A stretch of 64,000 nucleotides of DNA from the IMG/VR virus record IMGVR_UViG_3300042549_006728, one strand, 5' to 3'. The notes beneath the pieces are model-generated. The model searched no databases, was not told the origin of the DNA, and saw only the letters and a list, made by a program, of their open reading frames with translations. Positions 49,801 to 59,379 of the stretch are shown piece by piece (position 1 is the stretch's first letter; each line of letters opens with the position of its first letter). The translations under genes and the position numbers were made by a program. The DNA comes from a virus (lineage: Duplodnaviria > Heunggongvirae > Uroviricota > Caudoviricetes).

Positions 49801-52571
49801 AATATATTATTACATATATCTTTATACCAAACATTATACGAATTATATGTGGTAAAATTGTTAGCACCTGAATAAAAGTTTTTGTAGAACAAAGGTCCTT
49901 TTGATTCTTTTACAGGTGGGCTAGATTTAGGATCAACCAATTTTCTGTAAGATTCGTCATCTCTTATTTCTTGAAATAATTTTTTACTATTACCTATTAT
50001 TCCAGTATCATCGAATAAAATATAATCTACTTTATCTGAGAATGTTCCACTTATGGGAAAATTTCCTATTTTTTGAAACTGATTTTCTTCATTAATTGTG
50101 TAGAAATTATTATCTTCTATTATAAAATCTTTATAAAAATTAGATTTTTTAAGGTTAAATTTTTCACTATCTACTACTGGTGTATTAGGATTATTTAATT
50201 GATTTTCTATATCGATTAAAATATTTGATATTAGTAACCTAGCTTTTTCAGAAAAAATTGTTTTATTAGCAGCAATAGATTCTAATCTAGCGTATCCATC
50301 GACATCCTTTATACCACTACTTGGAGAAAATCTACTATAATTTATTAATAATGCTAACCTAGTAAAGAACTTTTCTACTAATTCATTACCCATTGATTGT
50401 ACGTCATTGATTGAGTTAAGCCTAATCCAAGGATTAATTTTATAATCTATAGGGTTAATCGGGAACCAGTTATCTGTATCTAAACCATTTTTTAATACAC
50501 TTGCCTTAGTTACATCTTCAAGTGATTTTGTTTTACCAACTAAATTTTCAAAAACTCTTTCTACAAAATCCCACTCTGGAAAATCTGAACTATTTATCGT
50601 CAATACTTCACCAATATAAATTTCTTCTAAATCACCTTTATCGTTTTTTTGGTATATAGAAGGCCAAGCTACACCATCAATACCTGTAGGGACATCTGTT
50701 TCATATGTTTGTAAAATAGATTGTCTATTAGTAGATTTTGATTTATCTTCCGCACTAACACTTATATCATAAACAGTTTCAACCATTGCTTGAGTATTAT
50801 TAGCGATAATTTCAAAACATTTACCAATAGTAGGATCGAACTGAACATTTAAACTTTCTCTGAAATTCTTCAAAAGTTTTTCATTTAATTCTATCTGAAC
50901 TATTTCTTTCTGAATTTTAATTATCTCTTCTAAGTCTTTAATACTATCCTCAACCAATGCCCTCTGTTTTCTAAAGTCCGCTACTAAAACATTTGAGGTT
51001 TCTAATAAATTTGTTGTAGGTGAATAAAAGTTTTTACCCTCAACTTGTTTTATAAATTGTTGTATACTGAAATTAGTATTTATTTCAGGTCCTTTTTCAT
51101 AACTAGGTTTTAATAGGTATATTGGTGAATTAGGTGTATAAAAATCGAATAATACAGATATTAAAGTAATTGGTTCTGGTTTTAGGTTATCATTCTTTGT
51201 TGGGAAGACAATATAATTTTCCCAACTATTTTCGTCCGACCCATTATCAGTAAAAGATTTAATTAAATCATTATCTTTAGGTGATATAATTGTTTCATTT
51301 TCTTTTATCTTTTGAGTTTTTAAAATGTCTTTTAATTTTGCACTCTCTAAAGTATTATCAGGTTTAAATTTTACCCTTTGATCCGATTTAAGATACTCTT
51401 GATATTTTAAAATTATTGTATTAAGTGTTGAAATGAATGATTTAAATGAAGCCCTATTTATAGAATTAAATACTATGTAGTCTCTAATAGATAAACAATT
51501 TTTATTAATAATTATTTCATCATCTTTAATTGCGGACGATTGGATTACATCATTTCTATTTTCTAACTCTAAATAAGATTTAGTCTCTACATTTTTTTGA
51601 TCACTCCCTTCACCTGATTTTTTAGGTTGTTTTGGTAATGGTGCACCAATAAAAGATTTTATAGTTTTTAATAAAGTTAATTTACCATTTAAATCTTTTA
51701 GTAATTGGAAACTATTAAGATCGGTTTTAATAATTTCGGACTCTACTTGTAACTTACTTATCTGAGTAAAGAAATCATCTATTTTTCTAATATCTAAATC
51801 ACCTGTTTTTCTTAAATCATCTAAGGTTTTACCTTTAAGATTTGGTGAGGTTATTTGGGTATTACTATTTTCAAATATTTTATTCAGTTTATTATAACCT
51901 TCTGGTGTATTAACAACTCCAATAATATTACCTAAAACCATGTCATTTAAGAAGGCTTGTTGAAACCCTAAAAAATTTGCACTTATTTCAAAATTACCTG
52001 TAGAACCATCAAAATTAGATGTCCAATTAGTCATATGTAAACAAAAATCTACTTTTTGACCAAAGTAACCTTTTATAGATAAGTTAAATACAGGATATGG
52101 CATTTTAAAAAATATACTATACGGTGATAATCTTTCATCATCCTTTATAACATCAAATAATGCCCCACCTCTAACATCTGTAAATGTTATGTCTACTGTT
52201 GGGACTAAACTAGAGTTATATTTAATATCTATAGATTTTATACCAAAACCTTCTAATGCTCCCGCACTTCTACCGTCACTACCATTAAAACCACCTATGT
52301 TTGACCAATCAGTTGTCGCATATGATTTTTGTAACGCAGGATCTAATTTACCTGTTGTGTTATTATATTTTAAATTTGTAGATATGAAATGAACTTCATC
52401 TTCTATTCCTGAATTAAAATTTTTATTTTGACCTCCATATGTAACTCTACTTCTAGGGTATGCAGAAAATTTAACATATATGAATAAATCTTCAGGTGGA
52501 ATTATTGACGTACCTGGTGGGTTTGGGTCAACAATAAACGCCTTACCAATCTTTTCTACTTTTGGATCCAT
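46881..52571 (-). CDS. baseplate hub-like protein (gp27/gpD-like) with C-terminal degenerate GH19-like domain
   Basis: N-terminal FGIKSIDIKY...VDITFTDVRG; hub-type SCKVEAMG...IQP...GAYLITSVTHNITPNQMSTSFEG; C-terminal GDAYRYKPRGYLYVIGRKQY. Confidence 0.7.
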   Translation of the reverse strand: MDPKVEKIGKAFIVDPNPPGTSIIPPEDLFIYVKFSAYPRSRVTYGGQNKNFNSGIEDEVHFISTNLKYNNTTGKLDPALQKSYATTDWSNIGGFNGSDGRSAGALEGFGIKSIDIKYNSSLVPTVDITFTDVRGGALFDVIKDDERLSPYSIFFKMPYPVFNLSIKGYFGQKVDFCLHMTNWTSNFDGSTGNFEISANFLGFQQAFLNDMVLGNIIGVVNTPEGYNKLNKIFENSNTQITSPNLKGKTLDDLRKTGDLDIRKIDDFFTQISKLQVESEIIKTDLNSFQLLKDLNGKLTLLKTIKSFIGAPLPKQPKKSGEGSDQKNVETKSYLELENRNDVIQSSAIKDDEIIINKNCLSIRDYIVFNSINRASFKSFISTLNTIILKYQEYLKSDQRVKFKPDNTLESAKLKDILKTQKIKENETIISPKDNDLIKSFTDNGSDENSWENYIVFPTKNDNLKPEPITLISVLFDFYTPNSPIYLLKPSYEKGPEINTNFSIQQFIKQVEGKNFYSPTTNLLETSNVLVADFRKQRALVEDSIKDLEEIIKIQKEIVQIELNEKLLKNFRESLNVQFDPTIGKCFEIIANNTQAMVETVYDISVSAEDKSKSTNRQSILQTYETDVPTGIDGVAWPSIYQKNDKGDLEEIYIGEVLTINSSDFPEWDFVERVFENLVGKTKSLEDVTKASVLKNGLDTDNWFPINPIDYKINPWIRLNSINDVQSMGNELVEKFFTRLALLINYSRFSPSSGIKDVDGYARLESIAANKTIFSEKARLLISNILIDIENQLNNPNTPVVDSEKFNLKKSNFYKDFIIEDNNFYTINEENQFQKIGNFPISGTFSDKVDYILFDDTGIIGNSKKLFQEIRDDESYRKLVDPKSSPPVKESKGPLFYKNFYSGANNFTTYNSYNVWYKDICNNILKSSNNEILGNLNKSTLEDINPSGTTYNSTYLNRTYFKNASNSSTDYEDVLTYSDLYDIQASNYSRALLLLSTFPFRNFKEGFIQSVFDSTVKDGARIINLPKFYVYYIGALLWRYEESITNADPLTFPTTPQKNYSLFSTPSNCYLNKIGYKLIKDNKTLDKIDNELLEDELIYLPKSVKDTLINKFKNWVDSDNFNSTKNGTFERNMKLYIPDIITEPTLTKEEKKNAKSFIFQKIIETTDLILLNPDIFDKTKIDQNKTKKGLVVDKSILLNYVTNFRKKFNEVGKENVNGTEENKEIKNDNKSTNIIKLQLYNYFKNISNKWIGNDGSFSICGDSADKNLFEYFKFIDRGWRFIGDEATFNLKSFLTLGSNLNTSVYFFISKLLRDSNFLFQILPTYINFKSAKEVAKIFQPQTVLERNESSGPIFCCIYVGGASQSLDIGERSNYYFKDDGFSLTTGNLPTDLVDPNSTSDAVAQNGDINLDESSLVAFRVSFGAQNQTVFKNVSLSQQEHRETGEYFKAISDLVDKRGGTQKSYVGTDLLKLFKTRSYSCKVEAMGCMNIQPLMYFDLQNVPFFNGAYLITSVTHNITPNQMSTSFEGLRQSRYITSPAKQITADLDVDLNESSETPKIEFTNLNNKNSLLSIGVLNPKDAFDFENNLSNNATSIDKFKRIGVTQFTDEVLGKLLNDTRILLQGSNIKTNSQVTMFLSSILSNSNNLLNKDMEWSVENKETYINQFPNSDLLNKGKNKYYGNTSTPDIEGYLLSLPIFTGGSIDDISYNIPGNDDLKEFAINNQIENRKKEINERLPKLDINIATEKTEKEKLEKELSKLLKDESNLIKTLKYYNIFEGDAYRYKPRGYLYVIGRKQYTDILKDLGQTNPKVASDTEVAAMGTSIKMWNYLKDNNKSAYDFSSLDSGSATVYSKCIGVSHQYNAKPIENAFITFEKVLTNLTQKNGEPLINYFNPGP

Positions 52572-52577
52572 TAATTT

Positions 52578-52904
52578 TTATTTTTTAATATAATAATTTA
52601 TATATTTTTGTGTTTGATCAATATATTGTTGTATACTGTCTTTAAAAGGGAAGGGTATTCTTATAATTTCACCATCAGGTATGTTTTCCTCAACACCACC
52701 ATATTGTGGATTCGCTAATAATATTAACCATCCATGATAAGGATTATTATAAAATTTTTGACTCATTTTATCCAATCTAGATATTTGTGATTCATATACC
52801 ACACTTTTATCCGACCCTTTAGGTGGGATTGCGATATAAGGTAATGGTAAGTATTTACCATCAAATTTAAAACTCTGATATCTATCAAAATATTCTTTTC
52901 CCAT
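52578..52904 (-). CDS. LysM-like baseplate wedge protein (T4 gp53 / P2 gpX-like)
   Basis: RLDKMSQKFYNNPYHGWLILLANP...IPDGEIIRIP. Confidence 0.8.
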   Translation of the reverse strand: MGKEYFDRYQSFKFDGKYLPLPYIAIPPKGSDKSVVYESQISRLDKMSQKFYNNPYHGWLILLANPQYGGVEENIPDGEIIRIPFPFKDSIQQYIDQTQKYINYYIKK

Positions 52905-52909
52905 TTATA

Positions 52910-55900
52910 TTAAGTTAAACCATTTTCAGTGATAGTAAATGTTTTATTTACTGTAGTTGTTTTTTTATTCTTAGAAAGATATGCGGTTACTTCAACTGAA
53001 GAGGATACACTACCCTCATATTTTTTTAATTCTTTCTCTTTATCATTAAAATCGTTTTCTGCTTTTTTTAATTGTGCGTTAGTAATTGTATTATCACCAT
53101 TTACTTTTTGAGTTTTTAAAACAATATAGGCTGCCAATGCATCTTCAACTGCCTTTTTTTTCACCGTTAATGTTTCAAAATTAACTATCTTACCCTTAAA
53201 TTTTGGATTTTCTTCTGAACAATCTATGTCAAATGAGGTTGCAGTATTAAGAGATGTACCATCATCTGAAGACTTACCTACTTTTACTTTCACTACTATT
53301 GAATTGTCTGGCGATTTTTCACCATCGATTTCAATATCAGATGCTGCTTTACCGTCTTTTGTTTTCACCACTATTTTACTTGGTTTTTCTACCGATATAT
53401 CTAAAACACCTGTATTTTCACTACCTTTACCGTTATCAGAATTTTCATTATCTTTAGTTTGATTAACAATACCTTCTTTTTTAAGACTATTTATATACTT
53501 GTTAAGATTTTCTTCACCAACCAATTGTTTTTTAAGTTCTCCTAATTTTATACCGTCAATAACTTTTCCTGTATTATAATCTACTTTATCTGATCTTACA
53601 TCATACATTTCTGTATTTGCGTAATAATTAAATGATACTGCATTTTGTAATCTATTAAGTGGTCCAACTAATGAATGTCCACCTATATAATCAATACCTA
53701 ATGATACTGTCGCAATCATAGGTTGGACACCGATGCCTTCAGGATTTAAATCCCATTGTGGTCCATCATATGTTATAGATAAACTATTAATTGCTACTTT
53801 AGTATGGAAAAAATCCCCAATCCTTAATATACATATAGGAGGTCTACCAAATGATAAATTTTGTGGTTGTACACCTACTTCTGTACCATCTTTTTGGGTT
53901 ACCCTATCATAAATACTTGGACCTTGCCTCATACACTGATTTAAAAACGTCAACCTACTATTGAATCCTTCAGGTGTAATACTATGAAATCCAGCATGAA
54001 AATATTTTATTTTTTCTGAAATATATTTAAAATAATTTGGGTAATTTTCATCTATAAAGTCAAAATATGTCCCTTCATCTATAATTAGATTATCAATTAG
54101 TCTAATATCTTCTGGAATAGTGAAAGAACCATCGTCTTTTTCTTCCTCTTTTGGTTGGGAATCTTTAGAATTTTTTGTATCATTTTCCATTACTACATCA
54201 ACTCTATATGAATTAGTATCCTCAGTAGATAATGATGAATTACCTTTAGATTCAATAGGACTTATATTAGATATTAATTTTGGATCAATGCCTGAAGATT
54301 TTAATCTACTATCAATTTCCGATTTTACTATATCCGCAAATTCTTTACTTAATTTTGTTCCGTCATCACCTGTTGGGGTACCGAAACTATCTACAGTAGC
54401 CCCTACTCCAACCCAACCATTTAATGTTATTTTTACTTTAGGGTTAGTATTACCACTTTGTTTTTCAACAAATTCTTTTATTAATGTTACTATGGAAGTT
54501 AAATCAGTTTCAGAAGGAGTTCTTTTAGCTTTACAATTTTCAGTGGATGAGTCACAATTAACATCTTGTTCAAAAATTACTCTACCATCTTTCTTTGAAC
54601 TTTCAACATCAACTTTTTTTTGTGGTTCTTTTTCTTTAATTTTCTTTTTTATTTCTTCTAAATCACTTTGAGGTACAGAACATTCTAATGCCCTTAAAAA
54701 TTCATCTGGTGTAGCACAACCCGCAAAAAATCTTTCGGTTAAATTAGTACTATTTCCCCTATAACAATTAATAACTCTAGGGTGGTCAACAATTATTTTA
54801 AAACTTAATGATCCTGATCTACTTGAATTATTATATGTATATACTGGTTCACTTCTACCGATAAAATCAGTTTTGTTCCAATTTGCGGAAGTATTCTCAT
54901 CAAAAGTTAATTCATATGGAGGAAACCACATTATTCTTCCTTTGTTACCACTTAATAAATCACCAGGTCCAATTTCACTTAATGGTAAATCTGCCAAATT
55001 ATCTGTCCAAGCCAAATTTTCTATGGATAACATAAATTTTTTACGTGTGGTACTTGAGTCTAATATAGAGGGGTGAATTTTCGGAATACCATTACTCATC
55101 AATACACTTTGAGATGCCTGATTATTTGACACTGAAAATCCTTGTAAGTCTATACTAGGTGAACTAAATAATCCAGTATTTCTTATAGCGTTTGCGTAAC
55201 TATATCTATCGTTAACTGTCCATACTCTACAGAAATTACCATTTCCATCTATATCTATTAAATCAAGTGTTTTAATTGCGTTACCTCTACTTATTACCCT
55301 ATTTTGTTCTTTATCTTTAAAATATTTTTTAGTCTGATTTATAAAAACATCATTCTGAAAATCATTAACTAATTGTTGAGTTTTATATAATAATGTCTTC
55401 TCATTGAAATTTTGTTCCCCACCTGTTGTCCAGAAAAATTTATTATCTTCACCGAAAGGTTCACCGATACCCTCAACTGTAGTCCTTTTAGCGTTACCTG
55501 AAGTATCCACCGCACCATTAAAATCGGCACTTGTAAATTTTTTAGTTATTAAACTACCTCTATTAGTATTTTTTTCCGTACCAACATAATATCTTGAATT
55601 TAAACCTGCGTCAGATGTACCCGCCAACCTTCTATCTTCATATAACGGTCTATAATCATTTCTATTCATTAGATTAAATGCAAATGAAACTTGTGTCGAA
55701 CTAGTTCTACTCAATAATGTATTCATTCTTATTTCAGTAGACAGAGTTGGTTCTACACCTTCTTGTATATCTAAATCTGATTTTATTAATTCTGATCCTG
55801 ATTTCGCACTACTATTGTACTCATTCCACCCAACTGCGTTATTGGGTAATGTGTTGAAGAATTGATCACTACCTCTTAGTTTATTAACATAATTGTCAAC

Positions 55901-56515
55901 AATGTTCCCAATAGGTTCAGTTATAAATCCAGTTTTTTTATTGGAGTTACCTGTTTCTTCAGAAATTTGTGATATTTTATTTAAAATTGTTTTTTCTAAT
56001 TCTTGTCCACCTATTAAACCTAATGAACTTTCTCTTTGGAAATTTAATGATTTATATGTGTCAATAACATTAAAAGGAAATTTTACACCTTTTTGATCAC
56101 CTTTATTAATTAGAAAAAATTGTTCTTGATTATAAAATGATGGGTAGTCATCTCTTACTTTTTCACCAAATCCTTCAGGTAGTGGATATCCTAATTTAGG
56201 TGGATATGAAAATTCAAAAACTTCATATACATCATCTTGTGGTATATATCTATTAAAATTAACATTTTGTGTTGTTCTATATAAATTACCTAATGGGAAT
56301 AATCTTTTATTTACATCATAATGAACTGGAATATTTTCATTGGCTTCACCATTTACTGGTACACTTATAACTGTTCCAATATCCTGTAATTTAGAAACTA
56401 ATCCTGATTGTGTTAATGTTTCATTAACTGGTAAAGGTAAATTTCTATTTAATAGACTATTTCTAAATCCTTGTGTAGAATAGATACCTTTATTATAATC
56501 TAATATTCCTGCCAT
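52910..56515 (-). CDS. baseplate tube-initiator-like protein (gp48/gp54-type fold) with OmpA-like insertion
   Basis: FPPYELTFDENTSANWNKTDFIGRSEPVYTYNNSSRSGSLSF and PPICILRIGDFFHTKVAINSLSITYD tube-fold halves flank an OmpA-like segment. Confidence 0.6.
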   Translation of the reverse strand: MAGILDYNKGIYSTQGFRNSLLNRNLPLPVNETLTQSGLVSKLQDIGTVISVPVNGEANENIPVHYDVNKRLFPLGNLYRTTQNVNFNRYIPQDDVYEVFEFSYPPKLGYPLPEGFGEKVRDDYPSFYNQEQFFLINKGDQKGVKFPFNVIDTYKSLNFQRESSLGLIGGQELEKTILNKISQISEETGNSNKKTGFITEPIGNIVDNYVNKLRGSDQFFNTLPNNAVGWNEYNSSAKSGSELIKSDLDIQEGVEPTLSTEIRMNTLLSRTSSTQVSFAFNLMNRNDYRPLYEDRRLAGTSDAGLNSRYYVGTEKNTNRGSLITKKFTSADFNGAVDTSGNAKRTTVEGIGEPFGEDNKFFWTTGGEQNFNEKTLLYKTQQLVNDFQNDVFINQTKKYFKDKEQNRVISRGNAIKTLDLIDIDGNGNFCRVWTVNDRYSYANAIRNTGLFSSPSIDLQGFSVSNNQASQSVLMSNGIPKIHPSILDSSTTRKKFMLSIENLAWTDNLADLPLSEIGPGDLLSGNKGRIMWFPPYELTFDENTSANWNKTDFIGRSEPVYTYNNSSRSGSLSFKIIVDHPRVINCYRGNSTNLTERFFAGCATPDEFLRALECSVPQSDLEEIKKKIKEKEPQKKVDVESSKKDGRVIFEQDVNCDSSTENCKAKRTPSETDLTSIVTLIKEFVEKQSGNTNPKVKITLNGWVGVGATVDSFGTPTGDDGTKLSKEFADIVKSEIDSRLKSSGIDPKLISNISPIESKGNSSLSTEDTNSYRVDVVMENDTKNSKDSQPKEEEKDDGSFTIPEDIRLIDNLIIDEGTYFDFIDENYPNYFKYISEKIKYFHAGFHSITPEGFNSRLTFLNQCMRQGPSIYDRVTQKDGTEVGVQPQNLSFGRPPICILRIGDFFHTKVAINSLSITYDGPQWDLNPEGIGVQPMIATVSLGIDYIGGHSLVGPLNRLQNAVSFNYYANTEMYDVRSDKVDYNTGKVIDGIKLGELKKQLVGEENLNKYINSLKKEGIVNQTKDNENSDNGKGSENTGVLDISVEKPSKIVVKTKDGKAASDIEIDGEKSPDNSIVVKVKVGKSSDDGTSLNTATSFDIDCSEENPKFKGKIVNFETLTVKKKAVEDALAAYIVLKTQKVNGDNTITNAQLKKAENDFNDKEKELKKYEGSVSSSVEVTAYLSKNKKTTTVNKTFTITENGLT

Positions 56516-56534
56516 ATATAATATATTCTTATTA

Positions 56535-56543
56535 TATAAATAT
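56535..56543 (-). promoter_or_regulatory. putative late-promoter motif ATATTTATA
   Basis: 19 nt before ATG 56515. Confidence 0.5.
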
Positions 56544-56646
56544 TAGGTCAATAAAATTCAGGAAAATTAAATAGTATTATTTATATATATTCTTGTTTTT
56601 TATTAATTAAGATATAAATTAATAGTTAAATATGCAGGTCCTTGTA

Positions 56647-56675
56647 ATAATAGGAAATTTATTTCGTAAAGTCAA
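56647..56675 (-). promoter_or_regulatory. sigma70-like TTGACT-N17-TATTAT element
   Basis: Exact 17-nt spacing, in the largest intergenic gap; could be chance in AT-rich DNA. Confidence 0.35.
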
Positions 56676-56701
56676 TAGTAAAATGAAATAATTTTAAAAA
56701 A

Positions 56702-58672
56702 TTATCCCATATAGTCACTTGCCTCTTTACTTGATGGAACTCCACCATTTCTAAATGTACCGTTTAAGTGAGAAATTATAGTTTTTATAATATCAGGTTT
56801 AATAGATTCTATATCCATATTTTTAGTAGAACCATCAGGTGAAACTATTTCTATTCTCCCTGAAACATCTAATGTCCCAAACTCAATTTTGGAAGGTATC
56901 GTACCACTATTACCACCTGATGATAGATTTTTATCCATTAATTTATCTAAAGGTCCACCTCTTTTAGCTCCGATAATATCATCTTCATTAGTGAAGCTAG
57001 TTACTTCACCAGAAGACCTCATCATAAAATCCTCACGAACAATTGGATCTCCAGGTTTTTTTATCACATCTTCCCCACCCATTTTCTTTAACTCTGTTAA
57101 TATATCTTCTAAAGAAGTTTTTAAGTCAAGTTCTTTTAATGCATCCTTTAAACCCTTAGTAAAGTCAGCATCAAATACCTTTTGAATTCCTTCACCAGTA
57201 GTAATACCTAGTAATTGTGCCTGTTCTAACATAGCTTCCCTAAGTTTACCATAAGGTGTTGTTTGGAGATATTCTATTGTCTTCTGAATTTGTTTTTCAG
57301 TACCTTCCATAAGTGAATCCATACCTGGTCTTAATATGTCCTCAGTCAATTCATAAACATTTGTTTCTGCCACATACCCTGTTTTCATAGCTTCTAAAAT
57401 GTTCTGTAGAATTTGGTTGGTAGTCATTGAATTTTTAGCCATATCCATTATCGCCTCTTCTTCATTTTTAGGTGCTGCCAACATTTTTTCTGCCATATCA
57501 ACACCAATCTCATCTATACCTATTTCTTTACCATCAAAATCGACTACCCATTTACCATCTTTCATTTTAGCCATACTAGCTAAACCTTCTCTCATATCTT
57601 CATCAACGATATTGCCAGAAACATTCATTTTGATGTCTTTTATTTTTGCGGATTGTCTAGCCATATCAATAAGACTTTCAGCACTACCACCAATCGTTTT
57701 TGATAAAGCCTCAAATTGTTGTCTAGCTTCTGGAGGTAATTCATATTCACCAGATTCTTCGTTAAACTGTAACATGTTTTCAGTCATTTTACCAACCTTC
57801 TCAGCCAACTCTTGAGGTTTGTTTCTTGCTAAATACATAGTTTCGAAAGGATCACCAAACGCTTCTGCAATATCACCACCTAAAAGTTGTAATTCTGCTG
57901 CTGCCTCTATTGCCCCCTCAGGATTGTAAAATTTATCTGCCATAGATAACATATCACTGACATCCATTCTCATCTTAACTGCCAATTTAGACATCTCCAT
58001 CATTCCTTTGACACCACCTTTAAATGAATAAGATGACATTTTATCAAAATTATTTGCCAATGTCTTAGCTACTTGACTAGCATTTAAACCTAATTTTTGA
58101 CTATCTACAGTTAATTTATTTAAAAATTGTGAGGAGTTTTGAACACTGACACCCATCAAATCCATTCTTTCAGCTAATGCTGATGCACTCTCAATTCCTA
58201 CCCCTAATCCCTTTTCTAAAAGAAAGATATTCTTAACTTCTTCTGGTGAGATAATTCTAGCCCTACCATTTGCATCAGAAAACTTTGTCATTATAGTATT
58301 AACATTTTCCGCAGTACCCCCAAATTTTTGAACTTCCGCAGTCGCCCTATTAAATGATTTAGTAAATTCGTGACTTCTACCTACTGATATACCAATGTTT
58401 ACCGCAGTTGACTTACTTGTTTCCGCCAATTTTTCGGCATACTTATATTGTTCTTTACTATCTGTTGCAAATTTTCTAAATTCAGAAGATATATTTCTTA
58501 CAGATAAAACCGCATCTTCTAATAAATTTTTACTATCTCCTATATTTTTACTTACACCCTCAGAATCCTTATTAATCTTAGCCATATTACCAGACATTTC
58601 ATCTAGTTTTTCATTTAACTCATTAATTTGTTTTTGTAACTTTTTTATATCGTCTTCAGTAGGTGCTGCCAT
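56702..58672 (-). CDS. tape-measure-like protein
   Basis: 656 aa, helical A/G/M-rich (AIEAAAELQLLGG), C-terminal DFMMRSSG...DDIIGAKRGGPL; lies between chaperone and baseplate genes. Confidence 0.65.
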   Translation of the reverse strand: MAAPTEDDIKKLQKQINELNEKLDEMSGNMAKINKDSEGVSKNIGDSKNLLEDAVLSVRNISSEFRKFATDSKEQYKYAEKLAETSKSTAVNIGISVGRSHEFTKSFNRATAEVQKFGGTAENVNTIMTKFSDANGRARIISPEEVKNIFLLEKGLGVGIESASALAERMDLMGVSVQNSSQFLNKLTVDSQKLGLNASQVAKTLANNFDKMSSYSFKGGVKGMMEMSKLAVKMRMDVSDMLSMADKFYNPEGAIEAAAELQLLGGDIAEAFGDPFETMYLARNKPQELAEKVGKMTENMLQFNEESGEYELPPEARQQFEALSKTIGGSAESLIDMARQSAKIKDIKMNVSGNIVDEDMREGLASMAKMKDGKWVVDFDGKEIGIDEIGVDMAEKMLAAPKNEEEAIMDMAKNSMTTNQILQNILEAMKTGYVAETNVYELTEDILRPGMDSLMEGTEKQIQKTIEYLQTTPYGKLREAMLEQAQLLGITTGEGIQKVFDADFTKGLKDALKELDLKTSLEDILTELKKMGGEDVIKKPGDPIVREDFMMRSSGEVTSFTNEDDIIGAKRGGPLDKLMDKNLSSGGNSGTIPSKIEFGTLDVSGRIEIVSPDGSTKNMDIESIKPDIIKTIISHLNGTFRNGGVPSSKEASDYMG

Positions 58673-58691
58673 TATACTTTATTTTAGTTTT

Positions 58692-58844
58692 TTAAGGTGT
58701 TTTTTTATTTTCTTCAAAGTCTTTTTTTATTTTTTCAAAATCTTTTTTTATTTTATCAAAAATTTTTAATATCTCACTAAATTCTGTTTTATTCACAGAA
58801 TTATTTACAATTTTTTTTATATTATTAGTTAAATCACCTAACAT
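58692..58844 (-). CDS. small 50-aa basic protein absent from the ORF track
   Basis: MLGDLTNNIKKIVNNSVNKTEFSEILKIFDKIKKDFEKIKKDFEENKKTP; starts 1 nt after the upstream stop and fills the gap. Confidence 0.65.
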   Translation of the reverse strand: MLGDLTNNIKKIVNNSVNKTEFSEILKIFDKIKKDFEKIKKDFEENKKTP

Positions 58845-58845
58845 A

Positions 58846-59343
58846 TTATCTTTTTTCAATTATCTCAAAAGATACTTTTTCTTTTAAACTACTTCTTGTT
58901 TTTACCGCTGAACTGACAAACCCATCTTGACTGTAAAATAATTGGATGTCCCCTTCTTGAGATAAACTTGTCCGTAATGTCCTATAATTTAATATCAAAC
59001 CGACTCTATAATCCCAATCATCTTTTTGTAGAATTATATAACTATCTGTAACAGATAAAACATTAAATCTATTTCTCCCATAAAATTCGAATTCTAGCTT
59101 TTCAACTGCCGCACGTAAAGACAATTTTATTTTATCTATAAAAGATATACTTATTTCAGTAAAAGGCAGTGATTTTTGGGTATTTTGTTGATCTAATCTA
59201 CTTTGAATACGAGCATTTAACATATCCATCTTCTCTTTAGTCTTATCAATACTATACTGAACATCTTGTATATCTTGAGTGGAAATACTTTCTATTAGAA
59301 TATTTATATCTTCTATAGTTTTTAAATACTTATTTATATCCAT
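58846..59343 (-). CDS. hypothetical protein
   Basis: 165-aa ORF preceded by the ATATTTATA motif. Confidence 0.75.
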   Translation of the reverse strand: MDINKYLKTIEDINILIESISTQDIQDVQYSIDKTKEKMDMLNARIQSRLDQQNTQKSLPFTEISISFIDKIKLSLRAAVEKLEFEFYGRNRFNVLSVTDSYIILQKDDWDYRVGLILNYRTLRTSLSQEGDIQLFYSQDGFVSSAVKTRSSLKEKVSFEIIEKR

Positions 59344-59357
59344 AACATATTTTTATA

Positions 59358-59366
59358 TATAAATAT
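59358..59366 (-). promoter_or_regulatory. putative late-promoter motif ATATTTATA
   Basis: 14 nt before ATG 59343. Confidence 0.5.
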
Positions 59367-59379
59367 TCTATTTTTTAGT

